DNA of 64,000 bases from an uncultured Clostridiaceae bacterium (GTDB taxonomy: Bacteria; Bacillota; Clostridia; TANB77; CAG-465), in the NCBI GenBank assembly GCA_947169155.1, contig CAMVON010000003.1, positions 5,910 to 69,909 of the forward strand, in the 5' to 3' direction. Made by a program: the position numbers and the translations under genes. Below are positions 9,875 to 18,971 of the stretch, one piece after another. Numbering within the stretch: position 1 is the stretch's first letter; every line of letters starts with the position of its first letter. The notes below the pieces were generated by a model, which searched no databases, had not been told where the DNA came from, and saw only the letters and a list, made by a program, of their open reading frames with translations.

Positions 9875-10573
9875 ATGAAAAAATATGTATTTTTAGCCTT
9901 TATTATAATATTTGGAACTTCTATATTGTCAGGCACAATGACTTACAATAAAACAAATAGGAAAAATGACATTAGTATTCCACAAAACATAGTAGAAAAT
10001 GTGGATAACACAAGTCAAATAGAAACTTCAAATGAGGAAATATTATCAGAAGAAAAAACAGATGAAAGTATTTCTTCACAAGAAGAAGTCGAACAGACTC
10101 CAGTTGTAGAAAATACACCTGAAGTAAAGCAAAAAAAGCCTTCTACTCCTTCAATTACAGCGATTCAAGAACAACCTATTGTAGAAGTAAAACAGGAAAG
10201 TACAGAAATAAAAGAAAATAATAATAACAATACACCACAAACAAAAGAAGAAGCCATACAAACTGTTCCTGAAACACCTAAACAAGAAGTTATAGAAGAA
10301 CAACCTGTAATTATTGGAGAAGAATATAAAACTAATGATGCTATGATTAACACTATTAAAAATGTTATAAATAGCAATCAAAGTGAAGATATGAAATTAT
10401 ATGGTTATAATGTTGTAGTTGATAGCTCTATTATTGACATTACTTCTCAATTCACATATACTGAACAAAGAGTAATTGATAAAATTAAATATAAATTTGG
10501 AACAATCAGAATATATGCAAGAGATTATTACAATAATGGAGAGTATATTTGCACACAATGTTATATCATATAG
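9875..10573 (+). CDS. secreted Glu/Gln/Thr-rich low-complexity protein
   Basis: Signal peptide MKKYVFLAFIIIFGTSILSG; long E/Q/T/P-rich region. Confidence 0.45.
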   Translation: MKKYVFLAFIIIFGTSILSGTMTYNKTNRKNDISIPQNIVENVDNTSQIETSNEEILSEEKTDESISSQEEVEQTPVVENTPEVKQKKPSTPSITAIQEQPIVEVKQESTEIKENNNNNTPQTKEEAIQTVPETPKQEVIEEQPVIIGEEYKTNDAMINTIKNVINSNQSEDMKLYGYNVVVDSSIIDITSQFTYTEQRVIDKIKYKFGTIRIYARDYYNNGEYICTQCYII

Positions 10574-10895
10574 GAAAGGAGGAATTATCATAGACTTAGA
10601 GAAATTGGCAAATAAAATAATAGAATATGAGGCTGAGTATAATTGGTATGATCTTGTTGATGACTATGGAAATATTGAAATAGATGATGATGCAAGAAAG
10701 CATTTATTTGAAGAAACTCTAAGAGTATTGCAAAACAGCCCTGATGATATTATTACACACTTAAATACAATAAAAGAAGATTTAGAGTGTGATGAAGATT
10801 TTGAAAACAATAAGGAATATCAAGATACTAAAGAACTTATTGATAGTATTGAAAAATTTAAAGCTGAACAATTAGATGACAGCTTAGAAATGTAA
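10536..10895 (+). CDS. small strongly acidic protein (possible DNA-mimic/anti-restriction-type, speculative)
   Basis: ORF open from 10476, but the start is uncertain. The first in-frame ATG with coding look is at 10536, overlapping the previous gene; GGAGG at 10578 may instead serve a non-ATG start. Very D/E-rich. Confidence 0.35.
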   Translation: MESIFAHNVISYRKGGIIIDLEKLANKIIEYEAEYNWYDLVDDYGNIEIDDDARKHLFEETLRVLQNSPDDIITHLNTIKEDLECDEDFENNKEYQDTKELIDSIEKFKAEQLDDSLEM

Positions 10896-10957
10896 TAAAT
10901 AGATATAAGGCACTTAACTAAGGTTAGGTGCTTTTTCTATGGAAAGGAATTGATAAA

Positions 10958-13573
10958 ATGTTAAAAGTAAATAGTAAAAGAATAATAGCAATGTTAATGT
11001 TAGTATTAACATTATTTTCTACTTTAAGTCCTAGTGTATTTGCTACTGAAATAAGCTCTGCAAATATTGAAAATAACGGAGATGTTGAATGGCATTTACA
11101 ATATTGGAATGAGGATAAAAATGTATGGTCTTATGTTACAACAACATATACTACTTATAATGAAGGTGGAAGAAGTTATCCTGCTTATTGTGTAAATAGA
11201 GAATATCCAGGTGTTGGAGAACTAGATGGCTATACTGTTGATGTCAATGCAAGTGTTACTGATGTTTTAGGAAATGTGCAAATATGGAGAACAATTATAA
11301 ATGGATTTCCTTATAAATCAGCAGGAGAACTTGGCTTAGCAAATGACCTAGAGGCTTTTCAAGCAACAAAACAAGCTGTATATTGTATTCTATATGGTTT
11401 TGATCCTGCTAGTCGTTTTAGAAGTGCTGAACAAGGTGCTGATGACAGAGGCGATGCAATAAGAACAGCAATAATAAATATGGTTAATACAGGAAGATAC
11501 GGAGCTCAAATGCCTTCTGATCCTGATATAACACTTTCTAATTCAGGAAATTTATATGAGGATGGAAATTACTATACTCAAAAAATAAATGTTTCAAGCA
11601 CAGTAGATATGGCAAATTATACAATTACTGCGACTGCTAATTTACCTGAAGGAACAATTATTACAAATTCAAATGGAACACAAACAAACTCTTTCAATGG
11701 AAATGAAAGTATGTATGTTAAGATACCTAAATCTCAATTAGGACAAGACATTTCTAATGCAATAATAAATGTGCAAGGAAAATGTAAAACATATCCTGTA
11801 TTCTATGGGCAAACTAGAATGGCTGAAACTCAAAATTATGCACTAACTTACGATCCTTTTGGCGATGGTGTTGGTCGTGCCACTTTAAATATTAAAACTA
11901 ACACAGGAAAAGTTGTTGTTAATAAAACAGATGATGAAACTAAACAGCCTATTGAGGGAGTAAAATTCTCTTTAAAGAAAACTGATGGAACAGTTGTAGG
12001 AACAGCTACTACTGATAAAAATGGTGTTGCTACCTTTGAAAAGTTATATCAAGCAAATTATAAATTAGTTGAGGTAGAAACGAATCCTAAATATATTCTA
12101 AATAAAGTAGAATTTGATGTCCCTGTTGAATATAACAAGACAGCAAAAGTTGATGTTGAAAATGAACACAAAAAAGGCAATATAAAGGTTTATAAAATTG
12201 ATAAAGATAACAATAGAGTTGTACTAGGAAATGTTGAATTTGACCTATTCTCGCACGAATTTGATAAGGTTATTGGAACATACCATACAGATGTAAATGG
12301 AGAACTTGAAATTAAGGATTTAAGAATAGGAGATTATTCACTAATCGAAAAGAAAACGAATAGATGGTACAATCTTGCTGAAGATACAGACATTGAGGTT
12401 GAATGGAATTTAACAAAAGAACTTCAAATAGAAAATGAGCTAAAAAAAGGCTCTATAAAAATTATAAAAGTTGATGAAGAAGATCACGAAGTAAAACTTG
12501 AAAATGTTAAATTTAAAGTTATGGATAAAGACAATAATGTTTTAGAAGAACTAACAACAGATAAAAACGGAGAGGCTGAAACTTCTAATTATCCTGTAAG
12601 AGATTTTTCAGAATTAAAAATACAAGAAGTTGAAACATTAGATACTTATGTTTTAGATGATGAAATTCATACTATTACACTTGAAGAAAATCAAATAAAA
12701 AATGTTACTTTTGAAAATGAAAAAATCAAAGGACAAATTGAAGTAACAAAAGTAAGTGCTAATGACAATAAATTAACAGGAGATAAAAAAGGTACTCCAC
12801 TTGAAGGAGCTATATTTGAAGTATATAATTCGAACGATGAATTAGTTGATACTCTAACTACTGATAAAGATGGTAAAGCTATTTCAAAATTACTTGTAAA
12901 GGGAGAATATCACTTAAAAGAAGTTGACTCAGGATCACCTTATTACTTAATAAATTCAGATATATTTAAAGCTGAAATAAAAGAGCATAAAGAAATTGTT
13001 GGTGTAAATGTTGATGAGGAAAGTGTTGACATTGAGGTTGAAGTTGAGAAAAAAGGTTTTATTGAAACACAATCAAAAGACAGTATTTACTATAATTTCA
13101 AAAATATTAAAAATAAATCAAATGTTGCATTAGACAATTTTACTTGGCAAGATACACTACCTACACAAGCATTAAGAGTTGATAGAATTTATACAGGTAC
13201 TTGGAATGAGGATTTAGAATATTCAATTTGGTATAAAACTAATAAAAATGACTATAAAATGTTAGTAGATAAACTAAGTACACAAGTTAATAACGAAATA
13301 AGCTTTAAGACTGCAGATTTAGAAGAAGATGAATTCATTACTGAATATGAATTTAGATTCGGAACTGTTAAAGTAGGCTTTTCAGAAGTAGATGCACCTG
13401 TGCTTTACTGTGATATGTTAGAAGGTTTAGGTAATGGTTTTGTATTTACTAACTATACAAAAGTATTTGGAACTTATGAGGATAAATATGTTGAAGATAC
13501 TGATGAATGGACTACTGTTACTTATTTCAAAGAAATAGAAGTTACTCAAAAACTACCTAGAACAGGTTGTTAA
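10958..13573 (+). CDS. large surface adhesin: candidate thioester (TIE-like) N-domain, 4-5 CnaB/SpaA-type repeats, C-terminal LPRTG motif
   Basis: Signal peptide after a likely ATG at 10958. YCVNREYPG and FQATKQAVY segments resemble thioester Cys/Gln motifs. Repeated …VVVNKTDDETKQPIEGVKFSL…TTDKNGVATF… units. Ends …KLPRTGC-stop. Confidence 0.65.
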   Translation: MLKVNSKRIIAMLMLVLTLFSTLSPSVFATEISSANIENNGDVEWHLQYWNEDKNVWSYVTTTYTTYNEGGRSYPAYCVNREYPGVGELDGYTVDVNASVTDVLGNVQIWRTIINGFPYKSAGELGLANDLEAFQATKQAVYCILYGFDPASRFRSAEQGADDRGDAIRTAIINMVNTGRYGAQMPSDPDITLSNSGNLYEDGNYYTQKINVSSTVDMANYTITATANLPEGTIITNSNGTQTNSFNGNESMYVKIPKSQLGQDISNAIINVQGKCKTYPVFYGQTRMAETQNYALTYDPFGDGVGRATLNIKTNTGKVVVNKTDDETKQPIEGVKFSLKKTDGTVVGTATTDKNGVATFEKLYQANYKLVEVETNPKYILNKVEFDVPVEYNKTAKVDVENEHKKGNIKVYKIDKDNNRVVLGNVEFDLFSHEFDKVIGTYHTDVNGELEIKDLRIGDYSLIEKKTNRWYNLAEDTDIEVEWNLTKELQIENELKKGSIKIIKVDEEDHEVKLENVKFKVMDKDNNVLEELTTDKNGEAETSNYPVRDFSELKIQEVETLDTYVLDDEIHTITLEENQIKNVTFENEKIKGQIEVTKVSANDNKLTGDKKGTPLEGAIFEVYNSNDELVDTLTTDKDGKAISKLLVKGEYHLKEVDSGSPYYLINSDIFKAEIKEHKEIVGVNVDEESVDIEVEVEKKGFIETQSKDSIYYNFKNIKNKSNVALDNFTWQDTLPTQALRVDRIYTGTWNEDLEYSIWYKTNKNDYKMLVDKLSTQVNNEISFKTADLEEDEFITEYEFRFGTVKVGFSEVDAPVLYCDMLEGLGNGFVFTNYTKVFGTYEDKYVEDTDEWTTVTYFKEIEVTQKLPRTGC

Positions 13574-13652
13574 TATTGACTTTTAATCATTTTTTATTAT
13601 AATGTATATGAATTTATGAATTCATATATATAAATTATTTTTTATTTATTTT

Positions 13653-13696
13653 AATAGGGGAGTATGGGTTTATAGCCTATCTCCCCTATTTTTTCG
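13653..13696 (+). terminator. rho-independent terminator after the adhesin gene
   Basis: AATAGGGGAG … CTCCCCTATT 10-bp stem followed by TTTTT. Confidence 0.6.
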
Positions 13697-13720
13697 TTTC
13701 TATCCCCTATTTTATTGCAT

Positions 13721-13767
13721 AAAAAAATACTAGAGCCACTAACAAGCCACCTAGTATTTTATTTTAA
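13721..13767. terminator. bidirectional terminator (A-run / ATACTAG…CTAGTAT hairpin / T-run) serving the minus-strand XRE gene
   Basis: 7-bp stem flanked by A7 and TTTATTTT; lies just 3' of the minus-strand stop at 13759-13761. Confidence 0.45.
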
Positions 13768-14019
13768 AGATTTAAAATATTCATCAGTTAAATCATTTAC
13801 TGATATGTTAAAACATTTAGCGAATCCACATAGCTCGTAATCTACAACAGTTCTAATTCCAATCTCAATATTATAAATTGCTTGTTTATGAATATCTATT
13901 CCTAACAACATTAGCTTATCTGATAATTTTTGATAAGATAATTTATTTAATTCTCTATAATATTTTATTTTAGAGCCGACTACATTTAATTCGCCTTCTT
14001 TTGACCTTGTATTATTCAT
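13759..14019 (-). CDS. XRE-family helix-turn-helix transcriptional regulator (ICE repressor-like)
   Basis: 86 aa; HTH_XRE pattern (…YRELNKLSYQKLSDKLMLLGIDIHKQAIYNIEIG…); opposite orientation between conjugation and cargo blocks, as orf9 in Tn916. Confidence 0.7.
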   Translation of the reverse strand: MNNTRSKEGELNVVGSKIKYYRELNKLSYQKLSDKLMLLGIDIHKQAIYNIEIGIRTVVDYELCGFAKCFNISVNDLTDEYFKSLK

Positions 14020-14151
14020 ATCGACATCTCCTCTATCTATTGATTTTATAATAAAAGTTTGATATTATTATAAATGCCTGTATTTATACCTATTTATTAT
14101 TCGCAATTTATATGCTAAAATACTAAAAATGTAGAAGGAGATGTTGAAATT

Positions 14152-14775
14152 ATGAGTAAATTATTTGAAGAATACTCAGCAGATGAAATAGATGATGCAA
14201 AAGGAAAAATAAAAAGAATTGAAATTAGAAAAAAAGAATTTAATTTACTTAAAGAAAAATTAGAAAAACACTTTAATTTTGAAATTACAGAGTATATAAT
14301 AGCTGATATTTTAGATTATGAAACATATCATCATACTTGTTTAATGATAAATTTAGCTGTTGTTAATAATAGAATGACAGTAGTTGATGGAGAAATATTA
14401 AAAGCAGGACTAAAAATATTATTTAATATTCAAAGTAGTAATGATAGGTTTGACAGGAGTGTTTATATGGATACTTTCGATTTTGATGTTTGGTATGAAA
14501 AGTACAGTACACTTGAAATTGTTGACCTAAAGAAACATCTTTCAAAAGAAGATTTTGATTTACTAAAGAGCTTAAATATTGAAATTAAGGATAAGGTATA
14601 TACAGAGCAAGAATTTGAAATCTTAGATATGGAACTTCTAGGGTATTATATTGATGAAGATATGGATGAAGAAGAACTTAAAGAATCTAAGCCACTTCCT
14701 GAAGGAATTACAAGAGAAGAATACAATAAATTACTTGAAAAACTAAGCAATATATCAAGTGAATATAATTTTTAA
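14152..14775 (+). CDS. acidic hypothetical protein (cargo region)
   Basis: 207-aa ORF with RBS GAAGGAG; no recognisable motif. Confidence 0.5.
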   Translation: MSKLFEEYSADEIDDAKGKIKRIEIRKKEFNLLKEKLEKHFNFEITEYIIADILDYETYHHTCLMINLAVVNNRMTVVDGEILKAGLKILFNIQSSNDRFDRSVYMDTFDFDVWYEKYSTLEIVDLKKHLSKEDFDLLKSLNIEIKDKVYTEQEFEILDMELLGYYIDEDMDEEELKESKPLPEGITREEYNKLLEKLSNISSEYNF

Positions 14776-14801
14776 TACCAGTAGTTAGACTGGTATTTTT
14801 T
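14775..14801 (+). terminator. rho-independent terminator
   Basis: ATACCAGT agttag ACTGGTAT followed by TTTTTT. Confidence 0.55.
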
Positions 14802-14892
14802 GTGCTTGTAAATTTCTGTAAAATTGTTGAGAAAAATGTCGTTTTGTGATATAACATATACTAGAGTTTTTATAAGTAATTAAGGGGTTGAA

Positions 14893-15111
14893 ATGATGGA
14901 AACAAATAAATACTTCAATCAGTATATAGATAGACTTGATGTAAATCAAAATGCACTAGAAAAACTTAAAGCTAACGAGATTATTACTTTAGGAAAATTA
15001 AGCAATTATAAAAAATCTCAATTAAAAGATTTTGGATTACAACAAAATGAAATAAGTAAAATTGAAGTTGAACTTGAATTATTAGGCTTATCATTAAAAG
15101 GCTCTTTATAA
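14893..15111 (+). CDS. small protein resembling the RNA polymerase alpha-subunit C-terminal domain (HhH DNA-binding)
   Basis: 72 aa. The pattern L.V..N.L..L…I.TLG.L…….L….G…EI..IE..L..LGLSL parallels alpha-CTD (LELTVRSANCLKAE…[20 protein letters not shown]). Confidence 0.45.
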   Translation: MMETNKYFNQYIDRLDVNQNALEKLKANEIITLGKLSNYKKSQLKDFGLQQNEISKIEVELELLGLSLKGSL

Positions 15112-15125
15112 TAGGAGGATAAATA

Positions 15126-15734
15126 ATGAGTCATAAAAGTTTTTGGGATAGTTTAGGAGATACGATTAGCTTTATTATTTTTATAAAATATGTACTACCA
15201 ATATTGATAATTTTTATTATTGGATTAGTAGCATATCAAGGCATATATGGATCAAGTATGGATAAAAAGTATGAGAATATGGAAAATGTTATTGTTACTT
15301 CTAAATTAGTAAGTACAGTTTGTGATTATGCAAGAGAAGTTTATAACAAAGAAGTTTTTTCTGAAGTAAAAGGAGATCCTGATAATTCAGATCCTATGAG
15401 TATGTATTCAGTTGAAGTAGATTATGTTTTTAATGATAATACAAAAACAGCTGAAGAATACGATTCTTTAATTAAAGATGAACTAACTAAACTATACAAT
15501 AAACTTAAAGGAAAGGTAATTGAGAAAGACCAAATATTTGCTGAAACTGATAGAAAAAGTATAGGATTAAGTTTCTATATTCCAAACAATAACGGTGGAA
15601 CTTCTATATTGTGTTCAGCCTCATTGATATATAACAAAGATATTGGATTTGTTGAAGAATCCTATCAAAAAGAGCTTAGCAGAACAATAGTAACAAGTGA
15701 AAGAATTGAAGATGCTATAAAAAGGAGCTATTAA
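15126..15734 (+). CDS. N-terminally membrane-anchored hypothetical protein
   Basis: 202 aa, one TM near the N-terminus, no recognisable motif. Confidence 0.5.
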   Translation: MSHKSFWDSLGDTISFIIFIKYVLPILIIFIIGLVAYQGIYGSSMDKKYENMENVIVTSKLVSTVCDYAREVYNKEVFSEVKGDPDNSDPMSMYSVEVDYVFNDNTKTAEEYDSLIKDELTKLYNKLKGKVIEKDQIFAETDRKSIGLSFYIPNNNGGTSILCSASLIYNKDIGFVEESYQKELSRTIVTSERIEDAIKRSY

Positions 15735-15758
15735 AATAATTTAGGAGAATGATGAAAT

Positions 15759-18700
15759 ATGATTAATAATGATTTAACTTTCTTTACAAACGAGCCTGAA
15801 AGAAATTTATATGATAGATTTAGTAAAATACTTAACAGAAATACACAATTTTTTGATGTTCTTGTTGGATATTTTAGAGCAAGTGGATTTTATTTAATGC
15901 AAGATGCTTTGGATAAAGTGGAAAAAACAAGAATTCTAATAGGTATAAATACTGATAAACAAATTGTTGATATGTTTGAAGAAACACAAGGCGAAATAAA
16001 GGAATTTAGTTTGTCAAATAAAGAATCTATAACTGAATATAAAAAAGAGCTTGAAAAAGAATTTGAAAAGTCTGAAGATACAGAAAATGTTGAAAAAGGT
16101 GTAAATAAGTTTATATCATTACTAAAAGAAGGAAAGCTTGAAATTAGAATATATACTAAGCAACCTATACACGCAAAAATTTATATTATGAGAGATTTTA
16201 AGGATAGTGCTGATTTTGGTAGAGTAATCACAGGATCAAGTAACTTTTCTCAATCAGGATTAGTAAATAATCTTGAATTTAATGTTGAATTAAAAAATTC
16301 AGCAGATGTTCAATTTGCTTTAGAAAAATTTGAAGAATTATGGAAAGAATCTGTTGAAGTAAATCAAGAATGTGTTGATACAATAGAAAATAAAACTTGG
16401 GTTAGATCAGACATAACACCTTATGAAATGTATGTAAAATTTTTATATGAATATTTTAAAGAAGAAATAAACGATGATTTAATTGATAGTTCTAAAGACT
16501 CATCAAGATATTATCCTGATAGCTTTGTACCTTTACAATATCAGAAGGATGCTGTAATTCAAGCAAAAAGAATATTAGAAAAACATAATGGTATTTTTAT
16601 TTCTGATGTTGTTGGTCTAGGAAAAACTTATATATGTGCTATGTTAGCTCAGGAATTAGATCATAAAAAACTAATACTTTGCCCTCCTGTTCTAGTGGAT
16701 TATTGGGAAAATGTAATGTTTAATTTTGGAGTTAGAGGTGTAAAGGTAGAATCAGTTGGAAAGTTAGATAAAATTATTGAGAATGGTACAGAACAATACG
16801 GATATGTTTTTGTCGATGAATCACATAGATTTAGAAATGCTGAAACTGAACAATATAGACAATTACACGAAATATGTGTTGGAAAAAAAGTTATTCTTAT
16901 TTCTGCAACACCACAAAATAACTATAATACAGATATTGCTAATCAATTATATTTATTCCAATCAAAAAATAAATCTACCATAGTAAATGCAAGAAACTTA
17001 GAATTGTTTTTTGATAATCTTAGAAAAAAGGTTAGATCTTATGAGAAAGATACTGATGAATATAAACAAGCAATAAGAGAAACATCTGAAGAAATAAGAG
17101 ATAAAGTTTTAAGAGAAGTAATGATTAGAAGAACTAGGACAGAAATTCAAAAAACTTATGCTGATGATTTAAAGAAACAAGGATTAAAATTTCCAAAGGT
17201 TTCTGATCCTATAAAACTAATTTATGAATTTAGCGAAAATGCTGAAGAAGTATTTGAAACAACAATTCAAAAAATAACAGAGTTAAATTATTCAAGATAT
17301 AAACCTTTAACTTATGTTAAAGATAATAAACTACAATCTAGTCAAAGATCTTTATTAGTAGGTCAAGCTAATATGGGTGGATTTATGAAAGGTATTCTTG
17401 TAAAAAGATTAGAAAGTAGTAAATATGCTTTTGAAATGACTTTAAATAGGTTTATAGATTCTTATAATGAATTTATAAAAATGTATAAAGAAAATGGTGT
17501 CGTTTGGATTAGTAAAAAACTTAATGTTGCTGAGTTATTAGATAATGATGATACTGAGAAATTAGAACAAGCTGTAAAGAATGAAGATGCTTTTAAGTTT
17601 AATGCAGAAGATTTTAACAAAGATTTTATTATAGACTTAGAGAAAGACTTAGCAATATTACAAAATTTAAAATATATTTGGGATACAGTTAAAACTGATG
17701 ATAAACTAGAATATTTTATAAATGAATTAAAAAATAATAAAGACTTAAAACATAATAAACTAATTATATTTACTGAATCTAAAGAAACAGCTGAATACTT
17801 AACTAAGAGTATTGAAAATAGACTTAATGAAAATGTTATTGTATTTAGTGGATCAATGCCTGATAGTATTAGAACATCTATTAGAGCAAACTTTGATCCT
17901 AACTATAACAAAGATAAACAAAAGAATGATTATAGAATATTAGTTACTACTGATGTACTTGCTGAAGGTATGAATTTACATAGAAGTAATGTAATCATAA
18001 ATTATGATTTACCTTGGAATCCTACTAAAATAATGCAAAGAGTTGGAAGAATTAACAGAGTTGGAACAGCACATAATGAGATATATGTTTATAACTTCTT
18101 CCCTACAAGCAAATCAAATGAACAGATGTCATTGGAAGAAAACATTATTACTAAAATGCAAATGTTTCACGATATTTTAGGAGAAGATTCAAAATTCTTA
18201 ACAGATGATGAGGAAGTTTCTACACATGAGTTATTTAGAAGAATGACAACAATTATTGATGATGAAGATGAAGAAATTAGCTCAGAACTTTCTTATTTAA
18301 AGACAATCCGTGATATTAGGGATAAAGATAAAGAATTATTTGAAAAGATTAAAAACTATCCTAAGAAAATTAAAATCGGAAGAAAAAAAGACAATATAGA
18401 TGGACTAATTACTTTCTTTAGAAAGGGATATTTAAAGAAGTTCTATATTTCAAGTGTTGAGGATACAAAAGAAATTACTTTTGAACAAGCTATTGATTAT
18501 GTTAAAGCAACAAAATCAGAACAAAGCAAAAAAGTTAAAAGCGATTATTATGATTTACTAAAAGCAAATAAACTAGCTTTTGAAGAATCAGAAAAAGAAG
18601 ATAATAGTAATGAAATAACTGCTGTGAATAAAAAGGGATCTAGTAATGCTAAAAATATTATTAAAGTGCTTAAAGAGTGCTTAAAAATGGAATCAAGTTT

Positions 18701-18956
18701 TACTGATATAGAAATTGATAATATAAATAAAATAATAAACTTATTAGAAAATGGCGAATTGCCTGTTAGAATAGTTAAAGATGGAAATAAAGCCATAAAG
18801 AAGATAACAGGAGTTAATGATATTATAAAATTCTATAAAGAATTGGAACTTATGATACCTAAAGTTTATCTTGAGCAAGAAACAAAAGTTGAGGCAAATA
18901 ATAAGAAAATAAGTAAAAATGAAAGAGAAATAATCTTGTCAGAATACATTTTTTAA
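15759..18956 (+). CDS. PLD-family (HKD) nuclease domain fused to an SNF2-family helicase/translocase
   Basis: Single HKD motif IHAKIYIMRD…GSSNFSQSG near residue 140. SNF2/SF2 motifs SDVVGLGKT (I), VFVDESHRFRN (II, DESH), LVTTDVLAEGMNLH (V), QRVGRINRVGT (VI). Confidence 0.85.
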   Translation: MINNDLTFFTNEPERNLYDRFSKILNRNTQFFDVLVGYFRASGFYLMQDALDKVEKTRILIGINTDKQIVDMFEETQGEIKEFSLSNKESITEYKKELEKEFEKSEDTENVEKGVNKFISLLKEGKLEIRIYTKQPIHAKIYIMRDFKDSADFGRVITGSSNFSQSGLVNNLEFNVELKNSADVQFALEKFEELWKESVEVNQECVDTIENKTWVRSDITPYEMYVKFLYEYFKEEINDDLIDSSKDSSRYYPDSFVPLQYQKDAVIQAKRILEKHNGIFISDVVGLGKTYICAMLAQELDHKKLILCPPVLVDYWENVMFNFGVRGVKVESVGKLDKIIENGTEQYGYVFVDESHRFRNAETEQYRQLHEICVGKKVILISATPQNNYNTDIANQLYLFQSKNKSTIVNARNLELFFDNLRKKVRSYEKDTDEYKQAIRETSEEIRDKVLREVMIRRTRTEIQKTYADDLKKQGLKFPKVSDPIKLIYEFSENAEEVFETTIQKITELNYSRYKPLTYVKDNKLQSSQRSLLVGQANMGGFMKGILVKRLESSKYAFEMTLNRFIDSYNEFIKMYKENGVVWISKKLNVAELLDNDDTEKLEQAVKNEDAFKFNAEDFNKDFIIDLEKDLAILQNLKYIWDTVKTDDKLEYFINELKNNKDLKHNKLIIFTESKETAEYLTKSIENRLNENVIVFSGSMPDSIRTSIRANFDPNYNKDKQKNDYRILVTTDVLAEGMNLHRSNVIINYDLPWNPTKIMQRVGRINRVGTAHNEIYVYNFFPTSKSNEQMSLEENIITKMQMFHDILGEDSKFLTDDEEVSTHELFRRMTTIIDDEDEEISSELSYLKTIRDIRDKDKELFEKIKNYPKKIKIGRKKDNIDGLITFFRKGYLKKFYISSVEDTKEITFEQAIDYVKATKSEQSKKVKSDYYDLLKANKLAFEESEKEDNSNEITAVNKKGSSNAKNIIKVLKECLKMESSFTDIEIDNINKIINLLENGELPVRIVKDGNKAIKKITGVNDIIKFYKELELMIPKVYLEQETKVEANNKKISKNEREIILSEYIF

Positions 18957-18971
18957 TGGGGGTATGTAAAA

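Noticed and set aside
10476-10535. Long 5' extension of the acidic small ORF
   Set aside because: It overlaps the preceding gene's coding end by about 100 nt with no RBS; a later start is more plausible, though its exact position is unresolved.
16777-16983. 68-aa plus-strand ORF
   Set aside because: It is an alternative frame inside the SNF2 helicase gene.
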